A stretch of DNA of 64,000 nucleotides. Source: Phoronis australis. Its lineage: Eukaryota > Animalia > Phoronida. The position numbers and the translations under genes are program-made. Below are positions 50,635 through 64,000 of this stretch, piece by piece (positions within the stretch are counted from its first letter, which is position 1; each line of letters starts with the position of its first letter). Under the pieces are notes generated by a model. That model had not been told where the DNA came from. It was given only the letters and a program-made list of their open reading frames with translations, and did not search any database. The stretch spans positions 307,383 through 371,382 of the forward strand of contig NMRA01000449.1 in NCBI GenBank assembly GCA_002633005.1, given 5' to 3'.

Positions 50635-51879
50635 AAACGTAATTTTCAGCCGTGGATTCAGGGTCATGACCAAAGGGTACCATAGCCTGTATTACAAGAG
50701 ACTAATGGATTTGCATGAACCGCTTGCTTTTGCAATGTCTGAGGAATGCATGAACACTCAGTAGCAACAAAAAAGGAATTTTTCTTGTTTTTAAGAGAGC
50801 CTTGTTTTATCATGGATACAGTAATTTTCAACATAAACTGGAAAGACTTTGACAGAACTTTGCCCACTTGCCAGAGTTATTTGGCGGTCAAAATTTTTTC
50901 TTTGATGTTATTGCACCCAGCAGCCGCTTTATTTTTAAACAGACTTGCATGGTATGCAGCCACGATTTTGACAGAGTGCAAGGAGCAACACCCGTTGCGG
51001 TTTTGTCGTGACTGATGGATTTGCATGTAAAACGGATTCTTGTCAAAAAGAAATTGATAGTCGCAGTTTGTATGTCGAAACTTTGTTGAATTTTGAAGTT
51101 GTCCAACTGATTTTGAAAACTGCTGTACTTAAAAAATATAGCCAAACCACACTGCAGCAAACCTCACAAGATGTTTCACCTACATTTTCAATAACCAAAC
51201 CACCTTGTATGCCCTGGAACTTCTATAACTGAGTAGCTGTTGTAAACCAGGTTCACTGTGACATGGCCTGTACTGCGGAATACTTTTTGTCTACATGTGT
51301 AAAGTAACATTTTCTAGTCTTTTGGCTGAATTTGTCTGCAGCCTTTAATAAATCACTTTCGATGAGCATCAACGAAATATGAGATTAAGCACCCCACGTG
51401 TAATACACGTGCACAAACATGCGGCAGATATAATGCATTTTTTCGCTGAAAGTCGAGGGTTTTTTTGTTGCGATTTCGCTAAGCATACGTAGGAAGCACC
51501 CCTTATAGAAATTAAATTAAGGAGTGGGGGGACCTCGGGAGAGGGGAACATAGGGCCCGGGTAACACTGACGCATAGGAAACATAGTGCAAAGAGAATAG
51601 TGGGACACTGCAACAGTGGGTATACCCAGATCAAACCTACATAATCCACCGACTTGGAAAAATATAACAGTGAAAGCCTGTGTTTGATTTTTAACTTGAT
51701 ACTGGGTATGTTTATGACTGAGCTAATCATCTAACAAGATTTTTACGTTTAAATACCTCCAAATGAAGGAAAGTATATAGCAATTACTATAAAAAATTCC
51801 ATGGTCATTATTCGTTGATTTACTCCATCCATTCAGAGAATTTGTAGGGTTGGCGTACCAAATTACGCTCGACATACTC

Positions 51880-52200
51880 CCCCCAAGCAAAAGTATTAGT
51901 TTCGCCCCTGATGAGGACTTGGCCAAACCAGAATTACCAGTATCGCCAGGGGACCACTACAGACGAATTTATTATGAGTCAATTGACCAGCATATTTCTG
52001 ATATTCAAGCCAGGCTCGAGCGATCTGCATTCCAAGTCAATGAACGACTTGAGTCGTTTCTCATCATTGAAAAGCATCTGGACGCGCAGCGGTCGAAACG
52101 GAATGATAATGAATGTTGGCGACTTATACCGAGAGAAGTTAGCAGCACAGACTTAGCATGCAGTGAAACGAGTTTTATGGACTCCATGCTCGTGCTTATA
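51880..52200 (+). mobile_element. hAT (ZMYM1-like) transposase fragment
   Basis: PGDHYRRIYYESIDQHISDIQARLERSAFQVNERLESFL resembles the region preceding the hATC dimerisation domain. Confidence 0.55.
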
Positions 52201-53444
52201 AGAAACTCTTGTTGCAGTACGTGAAAGCTCTCAGCTCGTGTTGATCTGATAGGAAAAGTGACATGTATTGTGCGTAAGAAAAAAATCATTGGTGACGAAT
52301 TCCATTTCTCCTGCTTAAGAATAATCACATGTGAACCCTGAATACTGAAGTTGGTTTCCCTTCTGGTCAGACGATCAACAAATATGAATTCCACAATTTG
52401 AATGCGGTTTAAAATCAGTTCCAACTAGCCTCTCGGGGGCACAACGGAAGTTATCTTAATATTGATGGCTGACACTGTCTCATTAATTTATAAAAACATA
52501 GCTGTTCATTTCATGAGCATGAGCCGCTACGGGTAGTAGTTTACTGTTCCAAACAGATTCACCCATCATCTTCAATACAAGCATACACGCTACCTGTTAG
52601 CGTAACTGCACTCCATTCCGGAGGCCCTCTACTCCAAAAAACACTGCTATGAGGGTCCACTACTCCGCCGAAAAACATTGAAGCCTCCAAAAACCGGGAC
52701 TTCCCGATGATGTCCGATGGTGCTTTTCCCCCAACTCTTCAATCTTGCCTTTGTTGGTTTGAAAAATAATTTTAGTGCGTGTGCCGATGTTATTATCCTC
52801 TCCCGTATTTAGCACTATATGAAAATACCTCAGAATAGAGTTATTTCCCTGTTTGATATCAGTAAACAGACGTGAAAAGTAGGGCAACATGGGGAACAGG
52901 GATCTTTTTTGGAATATATGGAGCTAGTATTTTTGATTAATTGGATTGGGATTTTTTTCGCCACAATGCAGGAGGATGGGGCAGGAAAAACAGACATAAA
53001 AATACTCCCACTCTCACCCTTCGTCCCTAAATTTGAGTACTGAAAATCAAAAATAAAGAGGCTAGAAGTGACATTTTTTTCAAAATTCATACACCCGGAA
53101 ATTGAACTATTAAAACAAAAGTAGCCTTTCTAAGCTAACATTGACCCAAAAATTAGATGGGAGATGCGATTACTAATCATCTGTGGCTGGTTCTCCAATA
53201 TGAAATTTTCGACGATTTTTTGCACAGAGCCTAAAGTGATGTTTTTATTCTTTTGAGGTCCGTTTGAATCGCATTAATAGTAGTTCAAAGTCACAGGTTC
53301 TCTGCTTCGGTCGAAATCGCACCTCTGACATCATGTTTTAAGTAGCTTCGAACTTGTCGGTACTGCATAGTTGTTCTGTCTTTATGAGCGCCATGTACAA
53401 TAAAAATAAGTATCGTCAATTTGAATTTAAAAACGACCACAATC

Positions 53445-53960
53445 CTTAATAAATGAAAGACGGTGGTCGTTACTCCTGGTTTTAAAGACAGTGACAAGTC
53501 CAGTTGGGAGAATTATAGACTAATATCGGTCCTCTCTACAGTGTCCAAAATTCTTGAAAGATGTGTCTAAAAGCAGCTTCATCAGTTCCTTGAGGAATAT
53601 TCCCTTCTGTCGACATCGAAGTTTTGTTTCCGCTCCCTGCAATCTACTCTCACTACAAACACTCACGCTACTGATTTTATCTTTAACAGTATGGATCAGG
53701 GGAGGCTTACAGGTTCTGTTTTTGTTGACCCTAAGAAAACCTTTGACAATGTGGACCATGGTATACTATTAAAGAAACTATCTCCTGTGGAGTTCACGAT
53801 AACGAGCTCCTTTGGTTTAAAAACTATTCATACGACCGCAAACAGGCTACCAAATACGACGCAATTCTTTCCAACTACTCAACCGTTATCACGGGCGTAC
53901 CTCAGGGTTCAAATCTGGTTCAATCTGCACATGGGTCACATCAAAAAGAAATTGTCAAAG
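53445..53960 (+). mobile_element. CR1/L2-like LINE reverse transcriptase fragment
   Basis: NYRLISVLSTVSKILE, MDQGRLTGSVFVDPKKTFDNVDHGILLKKL and GVPQGS across frameshifts. Confidence 0.85.
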
Positions 53961-55244
53961 AAAACCGGCGTACTTAACCCTCTAACTGAATTAGTCAGGA
54001 CTCTTAGACTCTTTACCATTCCATTATTCAAAGAAATAAACATCTTTCTGTCTGTTGCATGAACAGACGTGTTAATAGCTTGGCTCCAGCATATCTCAGC
54101 TGCAAATTCAGTAGCAGTCAAGCTGTATACTCTACACATTAATTAGTTGCTGTTAATGTTTCCTTTAAAAAATAAAAACCGAGACCGGCAAGATATTTTA
54201 TTCATGCTCCTTCTGCAGAATATGAAACTTTCTTAGCCCAGAAATCAAACGGTCCGATTAAATTATAGCTTTAACATTAAAAAGTAGCTGTAATTTATTT
54301 GTCTACCCATTCTGATACCTTTACCTGCCTTAATTATGCCATTTTTAATTTCAATAACATACAGCAAAGAAACACTACTCCGAATGCCTTTGCGTGTAGT
54401 CTTCAATATTTAAGTGGAACATAAATAAAAGAGACACATGCTAAACATTATTTTTAAAAAGAACAGAGTCAAGAATGAAAAGCAGCATCATCGTACAATA
54501 TAGGGGATTTTTAGAGTAATGTTTTTCGGAAAAGTGTTGTTTTTGAAGTAGTGGGCATGCGCATTGGTGAGTTTTTATTTTCTTTGTTATACTGTAAATT
54601 CATGGACTCATAATTTTTTTGAAATCACCAAAAACCAGAGTGCAAAAAATGAGCAAATCTACGGATATTTGCCTCTCTCCCAAAGGTTACTACTGTAGTT
54701 TCTTTACAATGCAAAGTAAAAACTTTTTCTAACAGAGAAGTTCAATGTTTACTTATACAATGTATATTCTTACATTCTGAACCTAGCCAAAACTGAAACA
54801 AAAATGGATCAATCTAGCATTAAAGTATTCGTGATCTTGTTGCTCATAAAATTAATCCTATAAAAATCTAAAATAAATATTTTGAACACAGTTCGCCATG
54901 TTGTATCAACACACATAATTTTTTGAAGATCCAAGTCTGTGACCCCGGCTAGAGTTGACCTTATGAAGCTCTCGGAGTGGCTCTTAACTTTCGTGTCAAT
55001 GCAATACAGCAAATGATGGTTTATTCTTCAAGTACTACATATGTGCCCTGTAACTTGGAAGAGCATCAGGAAGCCAAGCCTTTTTCGTAAGCACTGTGAA
55101 CAACTGTCATCATGTAGATAAGAACCAAAATGATTCAATATATTGTGGTCTAATCACTAAAACAACACACTTTCTGGTGAAGTACAGTTTTATAGAGCTC
55201 ACGAAAATCGTGAACTTCGCAATTTTGATTTCAATTTGATAGCG

Positions 55245-58200
55245 ATGTTGTCTATTTTCGTTGTGACAACATGCATGTGGGCCTCAGCTTACACTGCACC
55301 TGGCCTAACCCATGTTGACTTCCTAAAAAAGCAACATGAGCTTCAGAAGTTACAAGTACAAATCAAAGCTTTCGATGATTTCTTGTTGACTGGATGCTTT
55401 CCTTACGCAAGACCGGGGTCTCGGCTTTCGAGGCTCATTGCGCGTCGATCTGTCGATTTGGACGCCGACATAAAAGTGTCAAGGAAACTGCTGGAATTTG
55501 TTAGAACAAAGTACGTGCAGTGCATGGGACATCTTGCATCACTTAACACTTCGACAGCTATCACGACAACAATTTCCACCACGACCGTACCCACCACAAC
55601 CGCAGGTGAGTGCAGAGACATGCGAATTAGATAATTCTCAAATCACAAATTGATAGTTCTCTTGTTGGGACCTAGTTATCGTTTAAGTGTGTATATCGAC
55701 GAAAGGGTCTGTGTATCCGCGTAAGGGTCTGTATATCCGCTTACAAGGGTCTGTATATCCGCGTAAGGGTCTGTATATCCGCGTAAGGGTCTGTATATCC
55801 GCGTAATGGTCTGTATATCCGCGTAATGGTCTGTATATCCGAAAAATTGCTTATAGGACATTTTACCGCGATATTCTTACGAATGTTGAATTTCATACCA
55901 ATGCGCTCTAGAGTTGAATACACCGTCCCTTGATTTATTGCCAAATGAGCTGGCATCTGCATCATTTTTGAAATCGCGATTTTAGGTTTGCCTAGTCTAG
56001 AAAACTTAGAAGTTTTTAATTGAGTCGTTCATGGTTTTGATATTCTTGTTAGTAATGGAAGTGTTGTCATGGTAAGGACTATTATGAGACCGATTTTATG
56101 AGCTGAAGTGGTTTGATTAACTTTCTATTTTTGGCTACTAAATGCTGAGAAATGCAGTGTATTCACATTTAGGCGCATGCGTCAATTCTTCACGTATAAG
56201 CGTTGACAGCTGTCCCTTTTTGAACGTGTCTTAAAGTAAATGTTTCCCATGTGTTTGTTGTCCATGTTTGAAGCTGCATTTTACATTGTTAAGTTAACTA
56301 AAAGACGAAAAGGAGTAGGTTTTTCAATCTCACAAAATCGGTGTGGTAATATTTCTTATCGTGAGGGGATTCTATTTCCGCTGCCAAAAACATCGAAAGC
56401 ATCCGCGATTAAAAAACACTTCGGAATTTGGTAGGTTTGGCCAATTTTGAAAATGGCGCATGCACACTTTGTTTGAGACTCGAGTAACTGGCCCTTTCCA
56501 ATTGGCAGCAATTTAAGGTCGGATGAGCGTGGTAATGTTCTAAAGCACTTCGCTCAAGAGTTCATGATTGTCAATTCAACCGCCGGGTAATGTCCCTTGA
56601 ATTATGTACGACCTCGAAAAATGTCTACATTTGGCTAAGTTCAGAACATCTAATCTGAGATATAACCGGTTGGATTCATACGAAACTTTCAGATGCTGTT
56701 CGGCGTTACATATAAAATCTCCACTTTTACATGGGGTGCTATAAAAAATGCAACTTTTACGATTTCTACGAAAAAATCAACATTTGAATAAAACGTATAG
56801 GAAATGATCAAGAAAAGTGTAATCGTTTCGAAGATTTCATTCTCAACATTTATATCAAATGAAATTTGGTCATGATATTGATATACTGTTTTGCTATCAA
56901 TGTATCCTTCTTTTTGCTTAATTGCTACAAAGAAACGGTAACGAGACCCAATTAATGACAGATAGGAAAAAATCAAATTCTGCAGGCTTCCTACTTTCAG
57001 AAAATATATACATTTACTTCGCTGTAGATATTTGGTTAAACGCACATATAAGGTTCTTCATAACGTTAAGCTTTGTTTTACTATGTACATAATCCACCGG
57101 TGCCTATCTTAATCGGAATAACATAAACAGCACAACCGTTGCAAAACGGTACATTACACGCTCTCGGAGCTCCTCTGATCAGCCTTCAACAGAAATTTGG
57201 CAATATTTCGTAGCTCTGTTACACTGCCAGAGCGCATCCAATTTACAAAAACTTCAGTTTTGTATATTCCAGTCTGGACATTTGGTAAAAACTGGTCTCA
57301 CAAATATTCATACATTGTACATTCCAACAAAAATGAAGTTCGTCTTCTAAAGCATTTCTTTTACAAAAAAATACACTTTCTTTGCAGATTCCCAACTGCC
57401 TCCCCTTCTCAATCACTTAACAGATGATTTGAACAGCGAAATCCCATGTTCTAAATACTGACTCGCATGTTGCTGAGACATGTTGTTTTTGAAACGTGCG
57501 TACATACTTAATATACAAGTTGATAGCACTTCTGTAAGCCAGCTTTGGTCATCAATTTCAACACAACGGTGCTTAAAAACCTCAAAAATGTAATCTAATT
57601 TCCTTTACACTTTGATTGTACCGAACTTCCCCAAAGGTGTATGCAAATAGTATTTGCTTTACTTCTGAGATCCAACAATCTTTGTTGTTCTTTGATATCT
57701 CGTGTTGAAATTTGTAACTCCGTGTAATATATTTGACTTCGTTTGGCATTTCTCGTGAAACATTCTGGATTACTTCCACTTTACGTCGTGTTTCACAACT
57801 TTGATTTGATTTCTGAGGAATGGTGACTGCACATTCAGCAAAAATCAAGCAATACATGAACGGCAAACCACTCCTCTGGGAAATTAAAGTGTGGATCAGA
57901 GTCGGGTCAGCAGGGCAGTCTACGACTTTCAAGTGTACCAGGGCAACCAGGCCGGACAATGCAAGTCATCTTGTTGTAGGAGCTGCAGGTGCTGTCCTGT
58001 GACTGTGAAATCCTCGGCTCGTCGGACTTAGTATTCAACCAACCTTCACCTAATTTTTTGATTTTCGGGTGCGGTATATGGCACTCTACGATCTTGATAT
58101 ACTGTTTTAAGCCAGCAGACCCCACTAAATTTAGCTTATTCAATAACACGCAGTCTTCCGTATACGCTATTCCCATCACTGAGCTTTGATTGCCACGGTG

Positions 58201-60516
58201 AACTCCAACATATTATCGATACTGCTTTGCGTGACCGGTGGCGCCTTCCCAGCGAATGATTTACGAAATGCTATCAACAATTAGGTGTGTGAGAGCATAG
58301 GTGGAGAAAATTTGTACGATTGTTTTGTAGCAAAACATATGTATAAAATGAAAACCAAACTTTGGTTCATGCATACTTTTTGGCAAACTATCAGAATGAT
58401 GGTTGTTAATGCGTAGTTGACGAATGGTAGGAAATGTGGCTTGCTGGGAATGAGCCGAAAGGGGTGTCTGAACCAGTGTCATGCCCGAGGGGCAAACCAA
58501 GGGAAGGCAGCCATCAGAACTTGAATAAACCATGTTTCAACAAAATTTCAAGGGGAGTGCGAACGAGGTCTAAGGGCAAGCGCACACGGGTTAGCTGGGG
58601 GGGAGGCCGCAGGGCAGTCTGCCTCAATTGTGCTGACAGCTCACACTATTTGACGGTGTGAAAATACTAATTAGATGAACTATACTATACGCTTGTGTTG
58701 ATTTGCAACGATTTTATTTTCAAAAATAAAACATTTTAATAAAAAAATATCCAAAAAAGAATCTGATATCAACAACTTTTCTAAAGTCTGAATTGGCTTA
58801 ATTTGGAAACGTGGAACTGAAAAATCAAATCATTTCGAAAACAAACGCATTCGCTTTTCGTTTTTACAGAACAGAAGTTTTAAAATGAAAGCAGTCCATT
58901 GCTACCACAATGGCCCTGCATGTCTAGTAAGAGCACTCTTGTACGGTAGCTCTTTTGGGAGTTTTCGGTAAGCACATTGATTATAGTCTAAACGACTTCT
59001 TACATTGAAGGGCTATCATATTTTCTAAATTAATATCGGAAACTACACGGTAGATCACTCAGTTATTATAAAAACAGACGTATTAATTGTTGAGCGTTTT
59101 GCGGAGGTGATGACTAAATAGATGTTTGAGCGATAAAAATGCGATGTAATGTTGATGCACATGTGATTTCCCTTGCAGTTACTAGAGCTTCGACCCTAGC
59201 TCCAGCAGACAGCTGCACAAGTAAGTTACAACACCTCAAATCTCTGTGACCAGTAGATATTCATTCAATTTAGTGCTGAACTGTACATCCACGCTGTTGC
59301 CAGATTTTCGTGCTCGAGTCCAAGTTAGCAAAGGAAGCTTGAGCACTTTGCATAAAGTTATAAATTTTAGTGTATCGAAAAATTCAGCGATTGGCAATAA
59401 AATGGCTTGTCGTTGATTGCAGGTACAGTGAACTGCAGGACCTTCATGTCAGGGCTCTTTTTCGTATATCAGGCTTTAATACATGACTGCTTTCAAAATT
59501 CTAAATACCACCGAAGCAGAAACCTTAAAATAATAGAAGCAAGTCGGTGATCTTTAAATGGATCAGCGGGTGAATATGTTGATGCCAATGTTTCAATACT
59601 TTCGTTCGGTGACCAACGCAATACAGTAACCAGTTTGCGTCTCAAAGCGTTTTATTCTGCCTTGACCACAATTTAATGTCACGGCATTATAGTACGGAAG
59701 AAAGTCCAGAAGATATTTACATCTCCCTTGTCCCACAGACTACACGTCACTTACCGATAGATGGAGAAACGTGAACGGTAGGAATGACGACTACTACAGG
59801 TGTGATAAATCTGGGTTCGTACCCGGTTGGTACCGGTTCGAAGGAGCAGCAGGAAACCGGATGTGGGAACTAGCGGATGTGCGCGCTATGTTCCCGAATC
59901 CTTGGGTACTGTATACAAAATTACGCATTGTGTTGGTAACCAATCTTGTGAGAATCTAACATAATTATTTGTAATATTGATTTCTCGTTCTAATCTAATG
60001 GCGAGTTTTGACGTACTCTACTATTTTAGTCCAGTTAAAATATAATCCGAAAATTGAACAGAAATATTCAATTCTCCAGCAACGTTGTTGCTCTTTAAAA
60101 CTACCGACCACCTGGTATCTTTTACCTGGAAATCTAATCACCTCCATGTCCGTAAAACAAATTAGGATTTATTTGTTCATAAAATAGAACTGCATAAAGT
60201 CTACAAGGCTGAAAGCTTTACGTTAGTCGATTGGTTAAATAGTACTTTTCTGTACATCGTATTTTTATTTTCGTATTCCCTGCAGGATGCTGGCAATAAC
60301 CCAAGATGTAGGACTAGCGCACAGATGTACATAAACGGAACACACCCCACCCAAGTAGACGTCATTACGTCGACCACAGTTTGCGCAGTTTTCGCGGGGA
60401 ACATGTGCTTCTCTGAGCACGTAGTTATAAAAGTCGTCAACTGCAGTCAAGGCTACTACGTGTACGAACTACCAAAGGCACCTTCATGCTTCTTTGCCTA
60501 TTGTGGAATCAACTAA
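55245..60516 (+). CDS. Secreted UMOD/GP2/OIT3-like D8C-domain protein (~257 aa), exons 55245-55605, 59179-59220, 59739-59878, 60286-60516
   Basis: Signal peptide MLSIFVVTTCMWASAYT; Thr-rich linker; C-x-NYTSLTDRWR..CD..GWYRFEGAAG..M..C-x-T..GTHP..VC..C..IKVVNCSQGYYVYEL..P-x-C..YC*; all four exons join in phase with GT-AG introns. Confidence 0.85.
55703..55841 (+). repeat. Minisatellite, ~7 x 20 bp
   Basis: aagggtctgtatatccgcgt repeated. Confidence 0.9.
57100..57830 (-). mobile_element. Degenerate non-LTR retrotransposon 3' region (RTE-X-like)
   Basis: CWISEVKQILFAYTFGEV..NQ and a downstream RICK...EDELHF zinc-knuckle-like relic across frameshifts. Confidence 0.5.
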
Positions 60517-63500
60517 ATGGTAGTAATGTTCCCTACAGCTGAGGATCAGGGACCCGCGACCAGAGGGGAAATGATAATGGACAAAATTAGGAAGCACTTC
60601 ATAATACAATCATGCACTTAACATTTAGTGTCTAAAAAGTGGTCGAACACAAGGACTTGGGACTTGCGCCTGTGATCAAGGAATCACTAACGAAACTGAA
60701 TGATCTTACTTTAAACCACATTATCTAGATGTCAATGTTGAATTCTTAAATAAAGCTCTCTGGGATTTAAAACCTTCCACGCTCATCCGTTCTTGAATTG
60801 TTTCCGAATAAGCCGGAAACTCAAGACATAGGTAATGCGAGCACGCCTCGTTTTGATGTCGAACTTTTAGGGTTGGCCAACCCAAATAAAATCTAGTAAA
60901 GGGTTTCTCGAATCGCACTTTGTTTTGGCGTTCTTGTTAGTCAGCTAAACTGGGCAAGTTACAACTTTAATGTTACTCTGCGTTATTTCTTCATTTTGTT
61001 TTCGTTTAATTAACTTCCAAAGCATGTTTTTAATACTTCCTCAATGTAGGAAGTCGAAAATGCAAAACTCGTAAAATGCTGGGAACGATTTACCTCTAAT
61101 TGATCCACTTCATGCACTACATACAGTGTGTGTGGCTTAAGGGATATCAGTGACGGAAGAGCAGTTTACATAACTAAAATGTTGTCTGTAAAGTCCAACA
61201 AAAAATGAACTGATGCGTAACAAACACAACAATATTCGCCACAAGTTAAATATGATCGGAAGCAAGAAGAGGTTTTATTTTCGATGAAGAGATTTTTGAC
61301 ATAATGTGAACGGGTGTCAGTGTTTTTTGCTTTACACATGAACAATCTTTGAAACATGTATTTACAACTTTTTGTTCTCCTAAAGCAAGAATATTGCTAT
61401 GCCATCGCGCCTTCCTGTCGTTTCATCCTTAAATTTGTGATATGTTCTTCCAACAAAGCCACGTCCAGAGAACGACAGGAAATATACAGTGTTTACGATC
61501 TTCCAGAAAACAGTGATATACAACTAGACAGTCAGTCTTCCACAACCTCCATTGGAATTCTCGAATGCAAACAGCTGGAACAGGATTCATAGCAACTGTT
61601 CACAAGTGGTGCAGTCAATGAGAAACATACTGGAGTTGAAAGTTTATCGCTAGATTCAACCATAGGCCCACGACACTAAGTTTTATTTACCCCTAGGAAA
61701 CCAAAACAGTTAATTTGTGTCCAGCAAAGCACAAATATACGGGTATTTAAAACTATTCCCCAAATGAAAATTGAGCTAATGTTTCGAGCTCCAGAATTTT
61801 GGATTCAATTCCTGGTTTTACTGACGGACCATTGAGCTTTGCACACAAAGCTCAGTCTTAGCAGTGGATGCATGCAAGGGATTGAATGAGAACCTGGAAC
61901 CAGAAAGCATTAATATGAAATATGTGTATGCGCGTGCTTGTGTGCATTCTGACAATAGACTTAGGATAGTGACTGGCCCACTTCGGAGTGAAAGTACAAT
62001 ACACTCAACGCTGTTGGACATTGTCACTCAGCCACCTGACGTCATGACTGACAATCAAACAAAGGCTACCAGTTCTTAACCTCGAACAAATTCTCTGTTA
62101 TGATATTGATTATGAACGAATAAATAACATACATATCAAGTTTATCACGTATTTTTACAAAACAAAGATGACCTCATTTTATTTTCAAAAATTGATTAAA
62201 ATCCCAACAGTTGTTTAAGAAACGCAGGTAAAGTGAACTAGATATCGGGCTTTTTAGTTTGATCCTTTCTCTTTAGACAGATGTCAATTTTCCATTCATT
62301 TCTCATATAAAAATACCAGGAGTGCAATTATTCATTATTCACATTCCTACAAACAGTGCAGTTCAACAAGGCAATGGACAACAGAGGCGTAGCTAAACTT
62401 TTTTGGCAACCAATACCCAAGCAAGATGCTGAAAATAGTTTCACCTGAAAGCATGATATACCTTTCCCACAACAAATTGAATGTGTGACGCGATAATGTC
62501 ATTGAAAGAAAAATAGGGAAGTACAAGCAGCATTATTAGATAGAATATAGGTCGTTGTTGGGGAATGATGATTCTTAGTGGTACTAAACAGGGGTCCCAT
62601 GAGGGCTTTTTCATGGAGGAGGTTCTTTCGGTAATCTCCAGTACACCATTCACTGAATTGGACTAGCAAATATCAAGAAGTCGGTTGTAAGTTATTTGGC
62701 CGTAGTTTTTGCTCCTTAAAAAGAGACTTTATTTTACGGCACGTCCCCCTATACATGTATATTGTGTCATGGTGGTACGTGTAGAGCCCCACTTGGTGAA
62801 TGGGGATACTCCTTCAGGAATTAATTAACACTAAGGTACCTCATTCAAACTAAACTGGACAGTAGAGAAAAACATTCCAGACAACAGCCAACAGTTAAGT
62901 GTAGCCTGCATGGCAACAAGACACACATTTCAACTCTGTAGCAGCGTAAACCTATACAAAAATGAATTGAGCGTCCCCTGGACTTCATGTATTCCTGAGG
63001 GAACACGACATTTACAGCCACTGTTGGAAAAAAACTACTGTCGCCTGAACATGACTTGGATGAATCACTAGTCGATTGTTGTTCCACATGGCTGGTTCAG
63101 TCTATCTCTTCATTCAGGGGTGTCAAGTCTATACTGTTAATTCGCAGGTAGGTCAAAGGTTGCCGGTGCACTGAAATAAAGACAAAAACAACTTTATTAA
63201 GAATTTATGAACCTGAAAATGCAAATCACAGGCAAAAACATCCTTCTTCTGATACCAAACAAATAAAAACTTATTTTAAAAAAATTTCATTACAGATCTG
63301 TTTAGCAGGAAATCAGATTTCACCTTATAGCTTCTGTTGAATGTTCTGATTCATTTTCACAATCCTCACAAAAATCGAGTTGTGAGATAAGGCAAGTTAC
63401 CATGACTTCATGTTTTTTATGACGTGTTTGGAATGGAGCTCAAAGTAGTTGTATTTGGATTAATAAACCATTACATTCTTATTAATTTAAGCTGCCTTTG

Positions 63501-64000
63501 AAGCCATTTTTGACCTGCCAACATTCCCCTCAATTAACTTTAACTAAGTACATTTAACTTTGGTAAATAAGCTTGTCTTCAAGATAAAACATGAACAAGG
63601 ATATACAATCATGCTGATTTCAGCATGTCACAGTTGTGACCTTAGAAAGAGATTACAAAGTTTTAGTTTGGTTGTGTGCCACACAGCAGTCACCAGAAGA
63701 AGTGTGTTAAAACCAATTCAAATGCTTAAGCTACACACCAAACAGTTTTCAGATCTCAACATTAAGACATCAGTGCAGAAAACAAGTCTCCATGGCTCCA
63801 ACCAGGCCTGTATTCTGTTGACCCAAGAATGAAAATACAACTTCTTGCAAGACTTTGCGAGATATTGCATTACAAGCGAAGACTGTGATCATGCCAGCTC
63901 TACTTGAATAATTCTTGCACCTGTAGAATGCAGCCCAGAACTTAGCTGTGCAATATGGCAACCAAAGTACAAATCTATTGCTACAGGGAACGTTGCAATA

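Noticed and set aside
53150-53420. hATC-like relic on the minus strand
   Set aside because: Only a few residues fit (RQVRSYLK..MSEVRF) across frameshifts; too weak to call.
61350-64000. Short ORFs and exon-like segments at the right end
   Set aside because: No recognisable domain or consistent splice chain.

Overview
Animal (invertebrate-like, AT-rich) genomic DNA with spliceosomal introns, an assembly gap (10755-11341) and single-N joins. From left to right: (1) a minus-strand cluster of CSab defensin sequences with one intact mature-peptide exon (3229-3407) and several tightly packed decayed units between ~1.0 and 4.9 kb; (2) two or three plus-strand thrombospondin type-1 (TSP1) repeat membrane-protein genes with furin-type sites; (3) an apparent tandem duplication (20820-28650 / 28652-34092) joined at one N, probably two haplotypes assembled in tandem, carrying a decayed Mag-like Gypsy element with a nested LINE and, in one copy only, a Kolobok-type TTAA transposon derivative; (4) a non-RD protein kinase exon and an intronless TRPV-like ankyrin/6-TM channel gene; (5) MITEs, minisatellites and hAT/LINE relics; (6) a 4-exon secreted UMOD/GP2/OIT3-like D8C-domain gene with an unrecognised N-terminal two-helix region, plus a pseudogene copy. 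All gene models were built by eye from splice signals and reading phase; no database search was run.
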